Positions 61,209-64,000 of a stretch of 64,000 nucleotides of DNA are shown here, piece after piece. Made by a program: the position numbers and the translations under genes. How positions within the stretch are numbered: the stretch's first letter is position 1; every line of letters starts with the position of its first letter. The notes under the pieces are model-generated. The model saw nothing but the letters and a program-made list of their open reading frames with translations. It was not told the origin of the DNA and searched no databases. Source of the stretch: Piedraia hortae CBS 480.64 (Eukaryota); contig MU005957.1 of NCBI GenBank assembly GCA_010093745.1, forward strand, positions 1-64,000. The letters are read 5' to 3'.

Positions 61209-62363
61209 TCATCCCTCAAGCACATCCCTCAACTCCTTGACCAACCATTTATTCTCCTCCTCCGTCCCAACTGTAGCCCTCAAACAACCCTCACACCCAT
61301 ACTCCTCTCCCCTAAACCTTATCACAACCCCCCGTTGCGCAAGCGTAGCATAAACCCTTTTCGCAAACTCATTACTCCTCCCCTGCTTATCACAAACTTC
61401 AAACAGAACAAAATTCGCATCCTTCCCACCTCTAATCCTACCCACCCCTTTAATCCCCGGGAGTACATCCATCAAAACGCCTTTTTGCTGTAAAATATCA
61501 TCCCTATTCCTCCGCATATTTTCCAACGCGGCGGGCTGGAGTGCTTTGATCGCTGCGCGAGATGCTAAACTCGAGACGTTATACGGTGCTTTGAGGCCGT
61601 TTAACATCGCGGCAATGTTCTTTGGTGCGAAACCTATCCCCATCCTTATCCCCGCGAGACCGAAGGCTTTGGAGAGGGTTTGGAGAACGATTAGGTTCGG
61701 GTATGAGGGGACGAGGGGTGCCAAAGAGGGGGTTGAGGTGGAGAAGTCGATGTACGCTTCGTCGATGATGATGAGGCCGTTGAAGGGGGTAGAGAGCAGG
61801 GTCTTGATGGATGAGGGAGGGATGCAGACGCCCGTCGGGTTGCCCGGGGAGCAGAGGAATACGAGCTTTACTCTGCCCTTCTCGCTCTCGCTCGGGGGTG
61901 GGTTGGTTATTGTGGAGATGATTTTCTCGGTTTGGAGGGAAAAGTCGTCACCCTCGAGAGGGATGGTTAGGACTTCCACGTCGTTGATCTTCGCGGCGAC
62001 GGAATACATCCCGTATGTGGGTGGTGTGGTTATGATTTTGTCTTTTCCTGGGACGCAGAAGGCGCGCATAAGGGCGTCGATGAGCTCGTCGCTGCCGACG
62101 CCGAGGAAGAGGTTTTCTTCTGTGAGTGGATTTGTGGGGTTTTCGTTTCGGAGGGCGCAGATGGCTTGTTTGAGCTCGTTTTGGTGGGGGTCTGGGTAGC
62201 GGTTTAGGGGACCTTCGGAGGGGGAGAGGGAGTGTCCGTGTGTGTTCTCGTTGGCGTCCAGGAGGATCTGGCCTGGTGCTTCTTTGTAGTCATCGCGTGC
62301 GCAACGGTATGGGGTTAGAGAGAGGATGTTGGGACGCGCGCAGGTGGAGAGGTTGAATGCCAT
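61209..62363 (-). CDS. HIS5: Histidinol-phosphate aminotransferase
   Basis: 'LLDANEN', 'NRYPDP', 'GVGSDE', 'CSPGNPTG', 'DEAYIDF', PLP-lysine motif 'TLSKAFGLAGIR', 'LR.TVGT'. Confidence 0.97.
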   Translation of the reverse strand: MAFNLSTCARPNILSLTPYRCARDDYKEAPGQILLDANENTHGHSLSPSEGPLNRYPDPHQNELKQAICALRNENPTNPLTEENLFLGVGSDELIDALMRAFCVPGKDKIITTPPTYGMYSVAAKINDVEVLTIPLEGDDFSLQTEKIISTITNPPPSESEKGRVKLVFLCSPGNPTGVCIPPSSIKTLLSTPFNGLIIIDEAYIDFSTSTPSLAPLVPSYPNLIVLQTLSKAFGLAGIRMGIGFAPKNIAAMLNGLKAPYNVSSLASRAAIKALQPAALENMRRNRDDILQQKGVLMDVLPGIKGVGRIRGGKDANFVLFEVCDKQGRSNEFAKRVYATLAQRGVVIRFRGEEYGCEGCLRATVGTEEENKWLVKELRDVLEG

Positions 62364-62761
62364 TTATGGGGATGTTGGTTGTTGTGCGTGGTGGGAGATT
62401 TGGTTGGTGGGTGACGTTATCGTTGACTTCTTTTTGGGTGCGTCTAAAGGGCGATTTTTTTCACGTTCGCTCAATGGTGGCCCTTCACTCGTACCCATTT
62501 TCACCACACCTATAGCATTCTGAATGGCTTCCAATCCTCTCACTAAACGTGCATATCTCACTCGTCAACTATATTGACTCTCATCCTTCAGTGGTCCTGT
62601 ACAGTCTCCGTTGTGAGGCACTGTATGCTGAAGAAGAAGAGGTTTGGGAGGAAGATAAAACAGTCTTCCTCAATGCCATTACATCCAATATGACGCCTAG
62701 CCACCCTCGCCAATAAGGACATATTTGGGATCAGCATGTTGGCTAAATTAGCGTTGGCCAG

Positions 62762-63760
62762 TTCAAGCATATGTTCCGTCTCACCCGTGAAAACCTTTCG
62801 CCTTTTACTGGATTCGACCTCTCGTCATCTCGACAAAACTCCCAGGCATTAAATACCTCTAAAGTCCTAGCGGTGGGCATTTATCGCATCAAGGAAGGCC
62901 GGATAAGTGCAAAGAAACTCTTTCAGGAATCACTGAATGCAATCTGATTTGGCTATCACGGGCCTGGGCCCAATTTCCAGATTGGAAAGAGCACAGCGCA
63001 GAAGTGCTCGGTCAAGGCATCAATAGGCGCCTGTCACACCTGCTCAGCTTTTCTGTGGAAGGCGAGCAGTGAGATGCCGTGGCTGCTGGGTTTTCTCATA
63101 AATACCATGATCCTTTCAACGGGTGTTTGGGGACCATTGATGGATCACACATCCCAATTCCCGGCCCAAGCTTTCTAGTTGATCCTTGGCGGACGTACTA
63201 CAATCGCAAGCACTTCCATTCCATCAACATGCTTGCGATTGTTGATGCGGACTCACGATTTCTGTGAGCTGACGCCTGATGGCCCGGGTCGACACACGAC
63301 TCACGTGTGTTGAATGTCGACTTCGCGGATGCGGCCGAAGGACAGTTTCTCCCTCTCGGCGGTTACGTTCTCGGTGACTCTGGGTTCGCGCTGAAGTCCT
63401 AGCTGCTGACACCGTACCTGGAGAGCACGGCGCAAGCAAACCCCCGTTGTAGACGATCCAAAATTGTCCACTCTTCTACGAGAATTGGTTGTGAAGCGCG
63501 CCTTCGGCACGCTGAAATCAAGGTGGAGGATTCTCCTCCATCAAGTCTCTGCCAAACCGCAGTTGTGCGAGGCCACAATCTTGGACTGTCTCGTTCAGCA
63601 CAATATTTGTCTGTCATGTGACGATGATTTCCTGCCGAAGTGGAGAGTTGAGGAGTTCGATTGGGTCGCTTTCAGCTCGCCACCGAGAGTAGAGACTCGG
63701 TATAGGAAGGAGACGAGACTGAATGCATGGCGCAATCGCCTGAGGGACTCATTACAGTAA
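62762..63760 (+). mobile_element. PIF/Harbinger (HARBI1-like DDE) transposase pseudogene
   Basis: Fragments in order across frames: 'FKHMFRLTRE', 'GCLGTIDGSHIPI', 'YYNRKHFHSIN...VD', 'WPGSTHDSRV', 'LGDSGF', 'LLTPY', 'VKRAFG.LKSRWRIL', 'HNIC'; multiple stops and frameshifts. Confidence 0.9.
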
Positions 63761-64000
63761 GCGTTGTACGTGGATGAAAATCTATGCCGATCTATCCAAA
63801 AGTTGATGCAGACTATCTTGTATATCCAATTGAGCCTTTGCTAGTTCATCTCGGCGCTATATCACTGTTTTTAGACCCTCCTGTAGCCCTCCTATGTCTT
63901 TCAAGTGTCTATTCTCCATAGCTCTGACAGAACTTGACAGCATGTTCGTGGATTGCATTTAGGCAACCCTGGCTTTGTCCAAGGCTTTCCATTTCGCTTG

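Overview
Eukaryotic, filamentous-ascomycete DNA. The Pezizomycotina assignment, probably Dothideomycetes, is inferred from protein similarity and intron signals. The genome is compact, with short intergenic spaces, many intronless genes and introns mostly 43-61 nt. The core holds conserved genes: CDC45, GRASP/GRH1, INCENP, SPB4, CCDC124/Lso2-like, OPT transporter, ARO1, intron-containing tRNA-Gln(CTG), HUL4-like HECT ligase, RPL15, PRX1, phosphoketolase, thiolase, kinesin-1, a PSP1-domain gene and HIS5. Accessory or decayed material includes a Ty1/copia relic with its primer-binding site (~1.2-2.1 kb), a triplicated degenerate sequence (~2.6-6.0 kb), a solo LTR with a perfect 5-bp target-site duplication (45624-45870), two tandem pseudogenes of an F-box-like + nucleotidyltransferase-like family (46.0-49.0 kb) and a PIF/Harbinger transposase relic at the right end. 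Best leads: (1) a co-oriented arylsulfotransferase-MFS-arylsulfotransferase cluster with intact catalytic motifs; (2) a stand-alone PRMT3-type zinc-finger gene without a methyltransferase domain; (3) a densely base-paired non-coding region upstream of that cluster; (4) the F-box/NTase-like pair. All calls come from reading the sequence by eye; no searches or folding programs were run.
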